Shown here: in pieces, positions 17,600 to 28,070 of the stretch
How positions within the stretch are numbered: the stretch's first letter is position 1
Layout of the letters: each line of letters begins with the position of its first letter
NCBI GenBank assembly: GCA_049424145.1
Contig: JBMSSC010000011.1
Coordinates: forward strand, 1 to 36,314
Source of the DNA: Bdellovibrionia bacterium
Lineage (GTDB): Bacteria > Bdellovibrionota > UBA1018
Length of the DNA: 36,314 nt
Direction of reading: 5' to 3'
The notes under the pieces: generated by a model
The model's input: only the letters and a program-made list of their open reading frames with translations
Database searches by the model: none
Told to the model about the DNA's origin: nothing
Made by a program: the position numbers and the translations under genes

Positions 17600-18808
17600 C
17601 TAAATACAATCAATAAAAAATCGTCCTTTCACTGGGGATCGCCTCCAAGTCTCAGGATTAGGATCCGTCTTTCCTTGCAAACGAATCTCCTTCTCCACGG
17701 CCTCCCTCCAAAGACGCCACTTCTTTGGGCTTAACTTCGCAAGCCCCTGAGGTCTGAGCGGGACCTCATGCGCAACCCCACCCGAGCGCTCTGTAGCAAC
17801 CTCTTTGCCTCCAAAATGAAGCGGGGGATCATAGGCCTTCTCCCTCACTCCAAAGCTTCCCTCTAAAGTAACAGCCCCCAGCAAGTAATCATCCAACCGA
17901 GCTCCCGGACTCACATCTGCCGCAATGATCTTCACTTTATGGCAAATCTCCTGGGGTTTTTTTGCCGCAAATACGGAGTCATCCACAGCAAAACTCACCT
18001 CGCGCCACTCATCCTCAAAATTGGAGTGACTTTCATCTGAGCCCAGCACTCCAACAATCTTTCCATTAATCGACACATAGCGAGGCTCAAGGTAAGCAAA
18101 CACGTCTTTCACCCGAAGTGTGATTCGACCCGAGGCGGGGCGTGGGGCCTCAGTCCGCAGCGGATCACTCAAGGAATCCAAACTCAGGATCTCCGACTCC
18201 TTTAAGGAATCCATCTGTCGAGCAAGCACCTTCTTCAGGTTGTCCAAATAGAGAAAGCCTGCAGACAAATATCGATCCGAACTGTAGAAAAACGTCTGGC
18301 TCCCGGGAAGTCTCTCCAGTTGCCATTGAATTTCATATTCCCCTAACAAAGAGGGACCATGACATCCGAAGAAACTCACAAACCTCAATGCTGGCGTAGC
18401 AGCAGAGAGGATATTGAGGGGCAATGGATGCCCATCCGCCGCAATCAACATTGCACCCTGAGTCTTCTCAGAAAAAAAGGTGTGGGCAATAAAGACCAAA
18501 CCCACTGTATTGGGATTCTTCAAGACATCCACCAAATCCGATCCCTTGGCCCAACTCACCCACTGAAACTCAAGGGAAGGCACCGTTTTTCTTAAATCAG
18601 AAACGAGATTCTGAGTGACCTCCGCATAATGCTCAACTAGAGAGTGTTGTAAGTAACCAAAAGCAATCACCACTTGAGGATGGGTGACACTCCAGTTTTT
18701 CTGTTCGCTCTCAAAGCTCAACTGTTTTAACTTCCCCCCCAAGGCAAAGGAGCTCGGGGAGAACACGAAGGAAAGAACAAACCAAGCTAGGACAAACGCG
18801 GTTTTCAC
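17600..18808 (-). CDS. Exported protein with candidate caspase/CHAT-like (clan CD) His-Cys domain
   Basis: Signal peptide MKTAFVLAWFVLSFVFSPSSFA; LVFIAH(109)T and FVSFFGC(149)HG 40 residues apart, each after a hydrophobic strand. The CDS is secure, the function tentative. Confidence 0.6.
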   Translation of the reverse strand: MKTAFVLAWFVLSFVFSPSSFALGGKLKQLSFESEQKNWSVTHPQVVIAFGYLQHSLVEHYAEVTQNLVSDLRKTVPSLEFQWVSWAKGSDLVDVLKNPNTVGLVFIAHTFFSEKTQGAMLIAADGHPLPLNILSAATPALRFVSFFGCHGPSLLGEYEIQWQLERLPGSQTFFYSSDRYLSAGFLYLDNLKKVLARQMDSLKESEILSLDSLSDPLRTEAPRPASGRITLRVKDVFAYLEPRYVSINGKIVGVLGSDESHSNFEDEWREVSFAVDDSVFAAKKPQEICHKVKIIAADVSPGARLDDYLLGAVTLEGSFGVREKAYDPPLHFGGKEVATERSGGVAHEVPLRPQGLAKLSPKKWRLWREAVEKEIRLQGKTDPNPETWRRSPVKGRFFIDCI

Positions 18809-19422
18809 TCGACTTGAACACCAAATCCCAAGATCAGCATGATGCGGGCCTGAGAGAGCGAAAGCTGCGTTCGCTCAGCAAAAGCTTGTACCTGCTCTCG
18901 TGTCAGCTTCTCCTGATGAAAGGTTTCAAGAAATCCCTTTGCACTGAGGAATCCATATTTTTCAGCAAGCGCATTAATCTGAGGATCATGAATAAAATCT
19001 TCCTCCCCAAAAATGGCTCGTTTATTGAGTCGCACCGATTGAGATCGAATATCCGCCTTCAAATCCTGAGCTACCTCTTGAATTCGATTGAGGTGATCAT
19101 TGTAATCCTCAATCTGCTCATCACCGACTTGAAGAAGTTTTTTTAAAAACTCACTTCCCCTGGGTAACTCATTCATCACTTCCTGATGCAATGGATTTTT
19201 CTCATCTAAAATCGTGCCTGCCCAAAACAAAGTATCCCCTGTGTGAGCAAAGTGATAGCACCGATAATGGTAGCCACTGAGTGCCATGGAAATCCCCACA
19301 CTTGAGGTCACGATCCCAGGAATCCAAAGCGGCCAGAAGAAAATCCCTCCTACGCAACCTGTCTGAGAGACAATAAGAAAAAGAGCGAAGAGAAGAGAAA
19401 CTATTTTTTTTCTGAATGTCAT
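18805..19422 (-). CDS. Hypothetical lipoprotein-like / membrane-anchored protein
   Basis: Basic N-terminus, hydrophobic core, QTGC lipobox-like site, second hydrophobic stretch; AGGGG SD; 4-nt overlap with the next gene. Confidence 0.7.
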   Translation of the reverse strand: MTFRKKIVSLLFALFLIVSQTGCVGGIFFWPLWIPGIVTSSVGISMALSGYHYRCYHFAHTGDTLFWAGTILDEKNPLHQEVMNELPRGSEFLKKLLQVGDEQIEDYNDHLNRIQEVAQDLKADIRSQSVRLNKRAIFGEEDFIHDPQINALAEKYGFLSAKGFLETFHQEKLTREQVQAFAERTQLSLSQARIMLILGFGVQVE

Positions 19423-19691
19423 AGAAATTCCCCCTAATTCAACGAGTTATCGAAAAACATTGGATTTGTCAAAAATTTAGTAGAAAAAAGCCAATCCGCC
19501 GCTCTCATGAAAGGGAAACTTCATTTCTCTCTGGTCAAGGGTGTGAAAAAACCAATTCAATCGATATGAATACGCGCCTCAGATTTTTCTTATCCAATGC
19601 GCCATCAAAATCCTCTGCTCATGGGCAAGAGCTCAAGCGTCTACAATTCCCTGTGAGTAGACTCCTGTGCTTAAAGCCACCGCAGACGATC

Positions 19692-20969
19692 TTAATTCAA
19701 CCGAGGCTCATCAAAGGTTCCCAAATTGTAGATACTCAAAGTAGAATCAGAGGAATTAAAGACTGCAAGCTTGAGTTTCACTCGATCCTTGAGCTTTTTA
19801 ATTCTTCGACTCAATCGCCTGAGACGGTGCTCACTGGATTGACCCATCTCCGTTAAAACACTCTGATTATAGGGTCCAGAAAGCTGACGCCAGTGCATTC
19901 CATGAATTTCTCGAGTCCCCAACTCAGCTGAAGCCGAATTTGAAAACTTCACTTCAGCAATCATCAGATCTCCTTGAAGCTCTTGACTCACAGGATTTCT
20001 CCTGACAGAATTAAACACGGCATCAAAGGAATGAGGACCGATCTTAGAGTCTTCATATCGATAGCTCGGTTTATATTTTTCCATGTAAAGCTTAAAAAGC
20101 ATCTCCCCCAGCTCACCTTTTTCTTGATTGCTCAACCTGCGAGGAACCTCATTTCTCAAGTAACCAATTCTGGCATAATCAGGACCCAGATGATGGAGGT
20201 CAGGGAACCGAGCCAATAACGAGGTCTGAGTGGCTCTTTGAAATGCCTCGCTAAACTCGTCAAAGCTGATTTCAATTCGACTCTCTAAAAATGGCTCAAA
20301 ATTGGGTCGCCGTTGAGTTGGTGTTTGCACCCTCCCCACCGATCGAACCTGAATCAGGCCCTGGTTGATTTGAGTCTCAAATGGATAATTCAGCCGATTC
20401 AACCCACCCTGAGCATAGACCAGCTCAAACGTTCCCTTTCTCACACTAAAGGGAGTTTGAATGAACACCCGTTCTCCATGAATTTGAAGTTTTGAATTCA
20501 CTTGAATTGCATCTTGAATGACCACTGTGCCCCTTGAATCAATGGAGTCAATCGTTAAATCTTCAATATCGGCTCGGATCCGACTCAATCCGTCAAGCAC
20601 CCAGATTGTATTGGGCCTAAAAAATGTAATGTTCACATGACTAAAAGATAGCCCGGGTTGGATCCTGTCTTTTTCAACCACAATCTGAGCAATGTCTTCT
20701 GGATGACCTGATGAGGATTGAATGTGAATGGTTCGGGTGCTGTTAAAGAGGTTTTTAGTGAGCTCCAAATGAAATACCCCGGTCCAGGTTGTCTCCTGCC
20801 CCCCTAAAATCGAAAGCGACATCTCCCCTGATGAACACTGAAGGAAGGAGTGACGCTTGACTCCATCTGGAATAATCCGACATGGCTCAACTTGAGCTGC
20901 AAAGACTCGGAGAGAAAAGAATAAATAGCAAATCAAGGAAAGCAAAAGCCGATTCCAAAAAGACTTCAT
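19692..20969 (-). CDS. Exported protein with C-terminal PD-(D/E)xK nuclease-like (polymorphic-toxin type) domain
   Basis: Signal peptide from ATG 20969 (MKSFWNRLLLSLICYLFFSLRVFAA; ORF open to 21041); beta-rich middle; KGELGE...GPHSFDAVF...IAEVKF...RQLS at the C-terminus. Confidence 0.7.
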   Translation of the reverse strand: MKSFWNRLLLSLICYLFFSLRVFAAQVEPCRIIPDGVKRHSFLQCSSGEMSLSILGGQETTWTGVFHLELTKNLFNSTRTIHIQSSSGHPEDIAQIVVEKDRIQPGLSFSHVNITFFRPNTIWVLDGLSRIRADIEDLTIDSIDSRGTVVIQDAIQVNSKLQIHGERVFIQTPFSVRKGTFELVYAQGGLNRLNYPFETQINQGLIQVRSVGRVQTPTQRRPNFEPFLESRIEISFDEFSEAFQRATQTSLLARFPDLHHLGPDYARIGYLRNEVPRRLSNQEKGELGEMLFKLYMEKYKPSYRYEDSKIGPHSFDAVFNSVRRNPVSQELQGDLMIAEVKFSNSASAELGTREIHGMHWRQLSGPYNQSVLTEMGQSSEHRLRRLSRRIKKLKDRVKLKLAVFNSSDSTLSIYNLGTFDEPRLN

Positions 20970-21136
20970 AAAACGAATACCCAACTCCAGGCACACTGGA
21001 TTAAAAATAAATATATTAACTTTTTGTTGTTTAATTAACATAAGTCAAAAAAATTAGCAAAGCCTTCACGTACAGAGCGGTTAAGGCCACCTGATTTTGA
21101 CTCCAATCTAGGGAGTGAAAGAAATGAAGGCTTGAA

Positions 21137-23386
21137 TCATGAGGTCATCAGACGATGAAACTGTTTTTTACCGTCTCGGATCAAGTAGTTGCGAAACGAG
21201 GCGTGTTGAGGCAGGGTCAAATGCAAATCCTCATTTAATAGGGTCATTGCATCATCTCGAGCTTGAAGAAGAATCTCTCGATCCCGAACCAGGTCTGCGA
21301 TCTTAAATGGCAAACTCCCCGATTGCCTCGTCCCGAGAAACTCTCCCGGGCCCCTGATCTTCAAATCCGCCTCAGCAATAAAAAAGCCATCCTGAGACTG
21401 CTCGAGAACTTGCAACCGCTCAAAACTTGTGCCTTCTCGACTTTTTGAAGCCGACAGGAAGCAAACGGAAGCATGGCTCCCTCGACCCACTCTACCGCGA
21501 AGCTGATGGAGTTGCGAGAGACCGAAACGCTCGGAATGCTCAATGAACATGACCGTTGCATTGGGGACATCAACTCCAACCTCAACGACAGTCGTTGAAA
21601 CTAGAATTTGAGTCTCCGCATCCTTAAAGCGACTCATCACTTCTTCTTTTTGCTCGGAGCTTAACTGTCCATGAAGGAGTCCAATCCGAAACTCAGGAAA
21701 GACCTCCTGAGCAAGAATCTGTGCCTCCTGAACCGCCGATTTCAACTGAGTGAAGCCCTCGGCCTCACTTTCATTAACTAACGGATAAATGAAAAAAGCC
21801 TGCCTCCCTTTTTTAAGCTCCGATCGAATCCATTCATAGGCTTGGAGTTTTTCGGCCCGCTCTCGAATCACATGGGTCTTCACCGGAGACCTCCCCGGAG
21901 GCAACTGTTGAATGGAGGAAACAGCCAAATCCCCAAATGCCGTCAAAGCTAAGGTTCTTGGAATGGGAGTTGCACTGAGAAGAAGCAAATGAGGAAGGAT
22001 GGACTTCTGAGTTTTGGGATCCCACTTTTCTCCCTTTTTTCTTAAAACACTGCGCTGCTCGACCCCAAAGCGATGCTGCTCATCAATCATCACTAATGCG
22101 AGATTTGAAAACACCACCGGATCTTCAAGCAGAGCATGGGTTCCGATCACCACAATCGGCTCCTTTTGATCCAAACGATGCTGAAGAGCCACTCGTTCCG
22201 CCTGAGGGGTTCGCCCCGTTAAGAGAGCCACATTGAGTTTTCCGGAAAACAACTTCACCGCATTTTTAAAGTGCTGTTCCGCTAAAATCTCAGTCGGCGC
22301 CATCAGCGTAGCCTGATAGCCATGCTCAAGCACATAAGCAGCACTCAGTAAACAGACCACTGTTTTACCAGATCCTACATCGCCTTGCACCAGACGATTC
22401 ATTGGGCAGCCTTGCATGAAATCTTCCATGATGTCCTGAAGCACGCGATTTTGGTCCTGCGTCAGCTCAAAGCTCAGTCCTTCCCTAAGAATGGCTAACT
22501 GATCGAGAGCTTTTTTTGATCTCAGAGGTACGCCTGGGTTTCGTTCAGCATCGATCCTCCGCCTGAGCATGAGGTACTCAAACTTAAGAAACTCTTCATA
22601 GATCAATCGTTGGTGAGCAGGGGTTCTAAACTCCTGCAGAAGCTCAAGTCCATACTCCCTGGCCTCCGGCGGAAAATGCAGGGATCGGATGGCTTGAGAG
22701 ATTTTAGGAAAACCGTACTTCTTCAGAAGATCATCCGGCAGATCGTCTTCTAACCCATCGCAGTATTTTTGAGAGGCTTCCCAAAGAACATTCCTCAGGG
22801 TCTTAGTAGAAATTCCATCGAGCTCCACATAAATTGGTACTGTTCTTCCGACATGAGCACTATCCATCTCACCTGAGGTAGGAGCAGAGAGGGAAGGCTT
22901 CACATCCCAAGTGATCTCAGGGTGAATCATCTCCAGGGTGTGATTAAACTTTTTAATCTTGCCGGTCACCGTTAATCGCGTGCCTGGAACCAATCGTTTA
23001 TCCAAGCCGCGAGGAGCATGAAACCACTTGAGCGCAATGGGGCCCGAATCGTCTTGGCAATGGACTTCAAGAATGGATCCCCCTGTTTTTCGGATAGGAA
23101 TGAATTTTTGCCTTAAAACGGTCACCGTGAGGGTTGATTTTTCGCCTTCTTTCAGCTGCCCAACGGTGAGAATTTTGGAGCGATCCTCATAAGCGCGAGG
23201 GAAAAAATAAAGCAAGTCCCTGACCTGCTCAATACCTCGCTGACCAAAAACAAAGCCTAAACGAGGCCCTACTCCTTTCACAAACTGAATTGGAGTGGCT
23301 CCCCCGGATGAGAAGGATGGAGAGGATTTACTCGTATCGAACTTGGACAATTTCGTAATGGATTTGGCCTTTGGGAGCCATGACAA
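21137..23386 (-). CDS. recG: ATP-dependent DNA helicase RecG
   Basis: [54 protein letters not shown]. Start placed at TTG 23386 because of the upstream AGGAGAGG; ORF is open to 23413. Confidence 0.97.
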   Translation of the reverse strand: MSWLPKAKSITKLSKFDTSKSSPSFSSGGATPIQFVKGVGPRLGFVFGQRGIEQVRDLLYFFPRAYEDRSKILTVGQLKEGEKSTLTVTVLRQKFIPIRKTGGSILEVHCQDDSGPIALKWFHAPRGLDKRLVPGTRLTVTGKIKKFNHTLEMIHPEITWDVKPSLSAPTSGEMDSAHVGRTVPIYVELDGISTKTLRNVLWEASQKYCDGLEDDLPDDLLKKYGFPKISQAIRSLHFPPEAREYGLELLQEFRTPAHQRLIYEEFLKFEYLMLRRRIDAERNPGVPLRSKKALDQLAILREGLSFELTQDQNRVLQDIMEDFMQGCPMNRLVQGDVGSGKTVVCLLSAAYVLEHGYQATLMAPTEILAEQHFKNAVKLFSGKLNVALLTGRTPQAERVALQHRLDQKEPIVVIGTHALLEDPVVFSNLALVMIDEQHRFGVEQRSVLRKKGEKWDPKTQKSILPHLLLLSATPIPRTLALTAFGDLAVSSIQQLPPGRSPVKTHVIRERAEKLQAYEWIRSELKKGRQAFFIYPLVNESEAEGFTQLKSAVQEAQILAQEVFPEFRIGLLHGQLSSEQKEEVMSRFKDAETQILVSTTVVEVGVDVPNATVMFIEHSERFGLSQLHQLRGRVGRGSHASVCFLSASKSREGTSFERLQVLEQSQDGFFIAEADLKIRGPGEFLGTRQSGSLPFKIADLVRDREILLQARDDAMTLLNEDLHLTLPQHASFRNYLIRDGKKQFHRLMTS

Positions 23387-23807
23387 CCACTTCCTCTCCT
23401 GCTGCTTTGCCAATTAAGGCCCGAGCAATGGGAGAAGTGATTCCAATCTTCCCATTCTTAATATCCGCTTCATCCACTCCTACGATTTGATAAGTGACTT
23501 TTTTACCCGCCTCGGGATCTTCTAAAATCACCGTGGCACCGAAGACGACTTTGTCGGTTTTGATCGCGGCAGGATCAATGACTTGGGACCTCGCTAGTTT
23601 TCCATTGATATCTTGAATTCGACCTTCAATGAAGCCTTGACGCTCCTTAGCTGCACTGTAGTCTGCGTTCTCCGAAAGATCTCCATGACCTCGAGCAACT
23701 TCAATGGCCTTGACAATAGCGGGACGCTCAACGCTCATTAAATGCTTCAGCTCCTCTTCTAGAAGGCGCTTACCAACGACAGTCATGGGTACTTTTTCAT
23801 CCGACAT
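23328..23807 (-). CDS. greA: Transcription elongation factor GreA
   Basis: [10 protein letters not shown] and [13 protein letters not shown] 23807 (MSDEKVPMT) gives the normal length. Confidence 0.97.
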   Translation of the reverse strand: MSDEKVPMTVVGKRLLEEELKHLMSVERPAIVKAIEVARGHGDLSENADYSAAKERQGFIEGRIQDINGKLARSQVIDPAAIKTDKVVFGATVILEDPEAGKKVTYQIVGVDEADIKNGKIGITSPIARALIGKAAGEEVVVMAPKGQIHYEIVQVRYE

Positions 23808-23907
23808 AGGCCATAGAGCTAACACAATCGGCCACAAAATCAAGACTCATACCTGAGGCGGATTCTGCCCATGAAATGGGAGGAATCCTAAGGTCTTTGG
23901 ATCCTCC

Positions 23908-24216
23908 TTATTTTTTTTTAAAGAGCGCTTCAGCAGCTTTTCTCAATGCTTCTTTGGAGTCTTCCGCACCTGAGGCTCCCCCGGGTCTCAGGGGTGAGGG
24001 CTTAAAGTACTCACAAAAATTGGATCTCTCTTTCTCCACCACTCGCTCCGCTTGAGTTTCGCGGCAATCGTTGTGGGCGCCAGGTTCATAGTAAACGCAC
24101 CCTTTGCACACTTTGGTGTCTCGTCCACATCGCGAGCATCGATCGGCTCTTCCATAATCCAGACGAGTTAAAGGGCTCCCACAACTCCAACACACGCCTG
24201 CGGCTTGAATCTCCAT
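23908..24216 (-). CDS. Cys-rich (Zn-binding-like) hypothetical protein
   Basis: CWSC, CSRC, CKGC, C...NFCEYF; GAGGAGG upstream of ATG 24216; 4 nt after the carB stop. Confidence 0.75.
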   Translation of the reverse strand: MEIQAAGVCWSCGSPLTRLDYGRADRCSRCGRDTKVCKGCVYYEPGAHNDCRETQAERVVEKERSNFCEYFKPSPLRPGGASGAEDSKEALRKAAEALFKKK

Positions 24217-24220
24217 GTTC

Positions 24221-27200
24221 TCATCCCTCCTCAGTGGCCATTGACAGTGGCAAAATGTCAATTAACCCTTTTCTTTCCTCTCGAATGCCCTCAACCATCA
24301 TGCGAGCAGCCGAAATCACCGTGGTGTAGGGAATTCGTCGCTCCAACGCAGCGCGCCGAATAGTAAAACTATCGGCAATCGCCGCCTGATCCGAGACCGT
24401 GTTAATAATCAGAGAAAAACGCCCCGCTTGAATCGCCTCAACACAGTGAGGAGAGCCCTCATGGACCTTGTTCACCGGCTCCACCTCAAGACCATGGCTT
24501 TGGAGAAACTGAGCCGTCCCGCGCGTGGCCCAGAGTTTAAAACCCAATTCGCCTAAGCCTTGAGCAATCCACAGCACTTCAGCCTTATCCTCATTTCGAA
24601 TCGATAAAAAAGCCTCACCACCGCTGGGTAGCTGCATACCGGCTGCAGCCAGGGCTTTGGCATAAGCTCCAGCAAAGGAGTGAGCTCTCCCCATCACCTC
24701 ACCCGTTGACTTCATCTCAGGCCCCAATAAAACATCCACCCCGGGAAACTTCCCAAAGGGGAAAACGGGTGCTTTGACGTTAAACGTTTGAAGCTTCAAG
24801 TCAAAATCCTCCGTTACGCCCAGGTCTCGAAGTGATTTTCCCATTAAAACTTGTGAAGCCAATTGAGCCAGCGGCCTGCCCACGGCTTTACTCACAAAAG
24901 GAATGGTGCGTGAAGCTCTGGGATTGACTTCCAGCAGGTAGATGCGATCGCCTTGAATGGCGAACTGAACATTCATGAGTCCAACCACCTGAAGCCGTTT
25001 TGCAAGCTCGCGGGTGTAAGTCCGAATCCGATCACAAATCTTAATGGACAGAGTTGCCGTGGGAAGACTGCAAGCACTATCGCCTGAGTGAATCCCCGCT
25101 TCTTCGATGTGTTCCATGAGTCCGCCAATGAAGGTTTCGCGTCCATCGGAGATGGCATCCACATCGACTTCAGTGGCACGATCCAAGAATCGGTCGATTA
25201 AGATGGGATGCTCAAAATCCTCAACCCTTGAATCAGCAATCCACTGCTCCAGCATGTGGGGGTGATGAATGATCTTCATTCCACTCCCCCCCAGAACATA
25301 GGAGGGCCGAATCAAAAGAGGAAAACCCAGTTGATGGGCCTTCTCCCTGACTTGTTGAGCCGATTGAGCCGTAGTCGCCTCTGGCTGCTCCAGTCCGAGC
25401 GGTTTCAAATCCCTCATCAGCACCTCACACTTAGCGCGATCCTCTGAAAGATCAATACTAGCGGGAGAGGTGCCCAGAATTCTTAATCCCGCTTTTTCCA
25501 AATCATGAGCAATCTTCAGGGGTGTCTGACCTCCAAATTGAACAATCACACCGATGGGATTTTCAACTCGCGCAATATTGAGCACATGCTCAGCCGTCAC
25601 GGGCTCAAAGTACAGCTTATCGGAAATATCAAAGTCGGTGGAAACCGTCTCAGGATTAGAATTGACCATAATGGTTTCTATTCCCATCTCACGCAGAGCC
25701 AAAGAGGCATGCACACAACAGTAATCAAACTCAATGCCTTGACCAATTCGATTGGGTCCGCCGCCTAGGATCATCACCTTGGGTTTCTGACTGACTTTGG
25801 ACTCATCGGTTCCTCGATAGGTGCTGTACAGATACGGGGTCTTGGCCTCAAACTCAGCCGCACAGGTGTCCACTGCATGAAAAGAAGCCACCACCTGGGC
25901 TTCGGTACGATCCCGCCGAATCTGCTGCTCACTGAGCCCAACCTGCTCGGCAATCGCTCGATCACTCCAACCTAAAGCCTTCAGTTGCCGCAACTGATGA
26001 TGAGGCAGGGGCCAAGCATGGGATTTCAAAAGCGCTTCTGCCTCCATCAGCTTTTTAATCCGTGACAGAAACCAGGGATCAATCCAGGAGCGACGGGCCA
26101 CCTCCTCAATGGAAGCTCCTTTTCTTAAGGCATCTGCAATGGCCCAAAGACGAAGGGGCTGCGGCTTTTCAATTAAATCCCAACGAATCTCAGGTTGAGC
26201 TGGAAAGGCTGCCAGGTGAGGCATCCCCATCTCAAGTCCCGCCACGGCCTTCCCCAGGGACTCTTCAAAGGTTCTACCTATGGCCATCACCTCTCCTACG
26301 GACTTCATCTGAGTTCCTAGGAGAGGCTCCGTGGGCTTAAACTTATTGAAATCAAACCTGGGAAGCTTAGTCACGACATAATCTAAACTGGGCTCAAAAC
26401 TACACGGCGTTGATCCGGTGATGTCGTTGGTGAGCTCATCGAGGGTATATCCCACAGCGAGTTTTGCTGCCACACGAGCAATGGGAAAACCTGTGGCTTT
26501 TGAGGCCAAGGCACTGGAACGAGATACCCGCGGATTCATCTCAATGACGAGCACTCGATCACTCTTAGGGTCTAAAGCAAACTGAATATTGGATCCCCCC
26601 GTTTCCACTCCAATGGCGCGAATAATCCGAATGGCTTGGTCTCGAAGGGTTTGAAACTCCCGATCGGTCAGCGTTTGCGCAGGAGCAACGGTAATGCTAT
26701 CGCCCGTGTGAGTGCCCATGGGATCAAAATTTTCAATGGAGCAAACAATAATGACGTTATCTTTTTTATCCCGAACGACCTCAAGCTCAAACTCTTTCCA
26801 TCCAATTAAACTCTCTTCGATCAAAACGTCACGTGTGGGAGAGAGAAATAAAGCTCGCTCCACTTTTTGCAAATACTCCTCTGGGGTGACTGCGAGCCCA
26901 CCCCCTTCACCGCCCAGGGTAAAGGAGGGTCTCAGCACCAAGGGTAAGCCAAACGCTTCTAAAATCTCCTCAGCATCCCTTCTGGAGCGTGCCACTTGAC
27001 TGCGAGCACTTTTAACTCCAATGGAGTCCATGGTTGCTTTAAACGTCTGTCGATCCTCAGCTCGATGAATGGATTCAGGGTGAGCTCCCAGAATTTCAAC
27101 ACCATACTTTTTTAAAACCCCCATCCGATGCAACTGCATCGTGAGGTTTAAAGCGGTCTGCCCCCCCATTGTCGGCAGTAGAGCATCCGGCCTTTGTTCT

Positions 27201-27436
27201 GCAATAATTCTTTCTAAAAACTCGGGCAACAGTGGCTCTAAGTAAACTCGATCCGAAAGCCCAGGATCCGTCATGATCGTTGCTGGGTTGGAGTTACATA
27301 AGATGACTTCATAGCCCTCTTCTTTGAGGGCCTTGAGGGCCTGGGTTCCCGAGTAATCAAACTCACAGGCCTGTCCAATAACAATGGGTCCACTTCCAAT
27401 TAATAAAATCTTTCTCAGATCATGACGCCTTGGCAT
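24221..27436 (-). CDS. carB: Carbamoyl-phosphate synthase large subunit
   Basis: [51 protein letters not shown] and MGS domain; 1071 aa. Confidence 0.99.
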   Translation of the reverse strand: MPRRHDLRKILLIGSGPIVIGQACEFDYSGTQALKALKEEGYEVILCNSNPATIMTDPGLSDRVYLEPLLPEFLERIIAEQRPDALLPTMGGQTALNLTMQLHRMGVLKKYGVEILGAHPESIHRAEDRQTFKATMDSIGVKSARSQVARSRRDAEEILEAFGLPLVLRPSFTLGGEGGGLAVTPEEYLQKVERALFLSPTRDVLIEESLIGWKEFELEVVRDKKDNVIIVCSIENFDPMGTHTGDSITVAPAQTLTDREFQTLRDQAIRIIRAIGVETGGSNIQFALDPKSDRVLVIEMNPRVSRSSALASKATGFPIARVAAKLAVGYTLDELTNDITGSTPCSFEPSLDYVVTKLPRFDFNKFKPTEPLLGTQMKSVGEVMAIGRTFEESLGKAVAGLEMGMPHLAAFPAQPEIRWDLIEKPQPLRLWAIADALRKGASIEEVARRSWIDPWFLSRIKKLMEAEALLKSHAWPLPHHQLRQLKALGWSDRAIAEQVGLSEQQIRRDRTEAQVVASFHAVDTCAAEFEAKTPYLYSTYRGTDESKVSQKPKVMILGGGPNRIGQGIEFDYCCVHASLALREMGIETIMVNSNPETVSTDFDISDKLYFEPVTAEHVLNIARVENPIGVIVQFGGQTPLKIAHDLEKAGLRILGTSPASIDLSEDRAKCEVLMRDLKPLGLEQPEATTAQSAQQVREKAHQLGFPLLIRPSYVLGGSGMKIIHHPHMLEQWIADSRVEDFEHPILIDRFLDRATEVDVDAISDGRETFIGGLMEHIEEAGIHSGDSACSLPTATLSIKICDRIRTYTRELAKRLQVVGLMNVQFAIQGDRIYLLEVNPRASRTIPFVSKAVGRPLAQLASQVLMGKSLRDLGVTEDFDLKLQTFNVKAPVFPFGKFPGVDVLLGPEMKSTGEVMGRAHSFAGAYAKALAAAGMQLPSGGEAFLSIRNEDKAEVLWIAQGLGELGFKLWATRGTAQFLQSHGLEVEPVNKVHEGSPHCVEAIQAGRFSLIINTVSDQAAIADSFTIRRAALERRIPYTTVISAARMMVEGIREERKGLIDILPLSMATEEG

Positions 27437-27473
27437 GGGCTCACCTTAGTCTTGGGAGAGCCCGTGAATCCAG

Positions 27474-28070
27474 CTAAAAATCAAAGTGAGTGCTAAACTG
27501 AAGCTCAATGGGTCGCTCGGGATAGACTGCGTTATATGCATCCACAGCACGACTGAGATGCACCTCATTGGCTTTCATCCAACTGAAGCCTAAAATTAAG
27601 GACCCCACAGAGATCCCACCGCCAGCCAAGGCCAGATATCCTCCTGGACGAAGTGAGCCGTCAGGCTGAGTCAAGGGACGATCCATGAGTAAGCCCGTAA
27701 TGACTGCCAAAAGACCGAGGCTCCCTAAATAAGAGGTGAGCTTGATTTTCTCCAACTGATCTCGATAAAGTTGAATCTCTGAGGCAGCAGAAGGGACGCT
27801 CTTGAGAATCTCCAAAAGCTCTTGAGCATCCATTCCCATTTGCGAATCGGCCTCAAGCTTTTTCCCCTGAAACGTAAAATATCTCTCGCAATGGGGAACC
27901 GAAGGACTACTTTTCTGAGTTAAGTCTGACGGAGCCAACGGAACTTTTGGAATTTTTTCCTCTTCTTTTTGCAGGTCAAACCCAAGGCTTCTCCCCTTCT
28001 CAGCTGAAAAGCTGATATGAGAGAGAAAAAAAAGCGGAATGAAAAACCATGAAACCAGACGAACGCGCAT
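27474..28070 (-). CDS. Hypothetical exported/membrane protein
   Basis: Signal-like MRVRLVSWFFIPLFFLSHISFSA from ATG 28070, two Gly-rich hydrophobic helices, terminal Phe. Confidence 0.7.
   Translation of the reverse strand: MRVRLVSWFFIPLFFLSHISFSAEKGRSLGFDLQKEEEKIPKVPLAPSDLTQKSSPSVPHCERYFTFQGKKLEADSQMGMDAQELLEILKSVPSAASEIQLYRDQLEKIKLTSYLGSLGLLAVITGLLMDRPLTQPDGSLRPGGYLALAGGGISVGSLILGFSWMKANEVHLSRAVDAYNAVYPERPIELQFSTHFDF

Larger units (their letters stand above)
13153..21136. other. Accessory cluster of exported hypothetical / effector-like genes
   Basis: Six non-housekeeping genes, each with an N-terminal hydrophobic signal-like segment, long AT-rich spacers, bounded by the XRE gene and recG; no integrase, transposase or att repeat seen. 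Confidence 0.6.

Noticed and set aside
19566..19856. 96-aa plus-strand ORF as the immunity gene for the nuclease
   Set aside because: Antisense to and overlapping the toxin 3' end by 165 nt, no SD, no protein-like features.
13153..21136. Prophage or integrative element
   Set aside because: No integrase, transposase, phage structural gene, tRNA target or flanking direct repeat seen.
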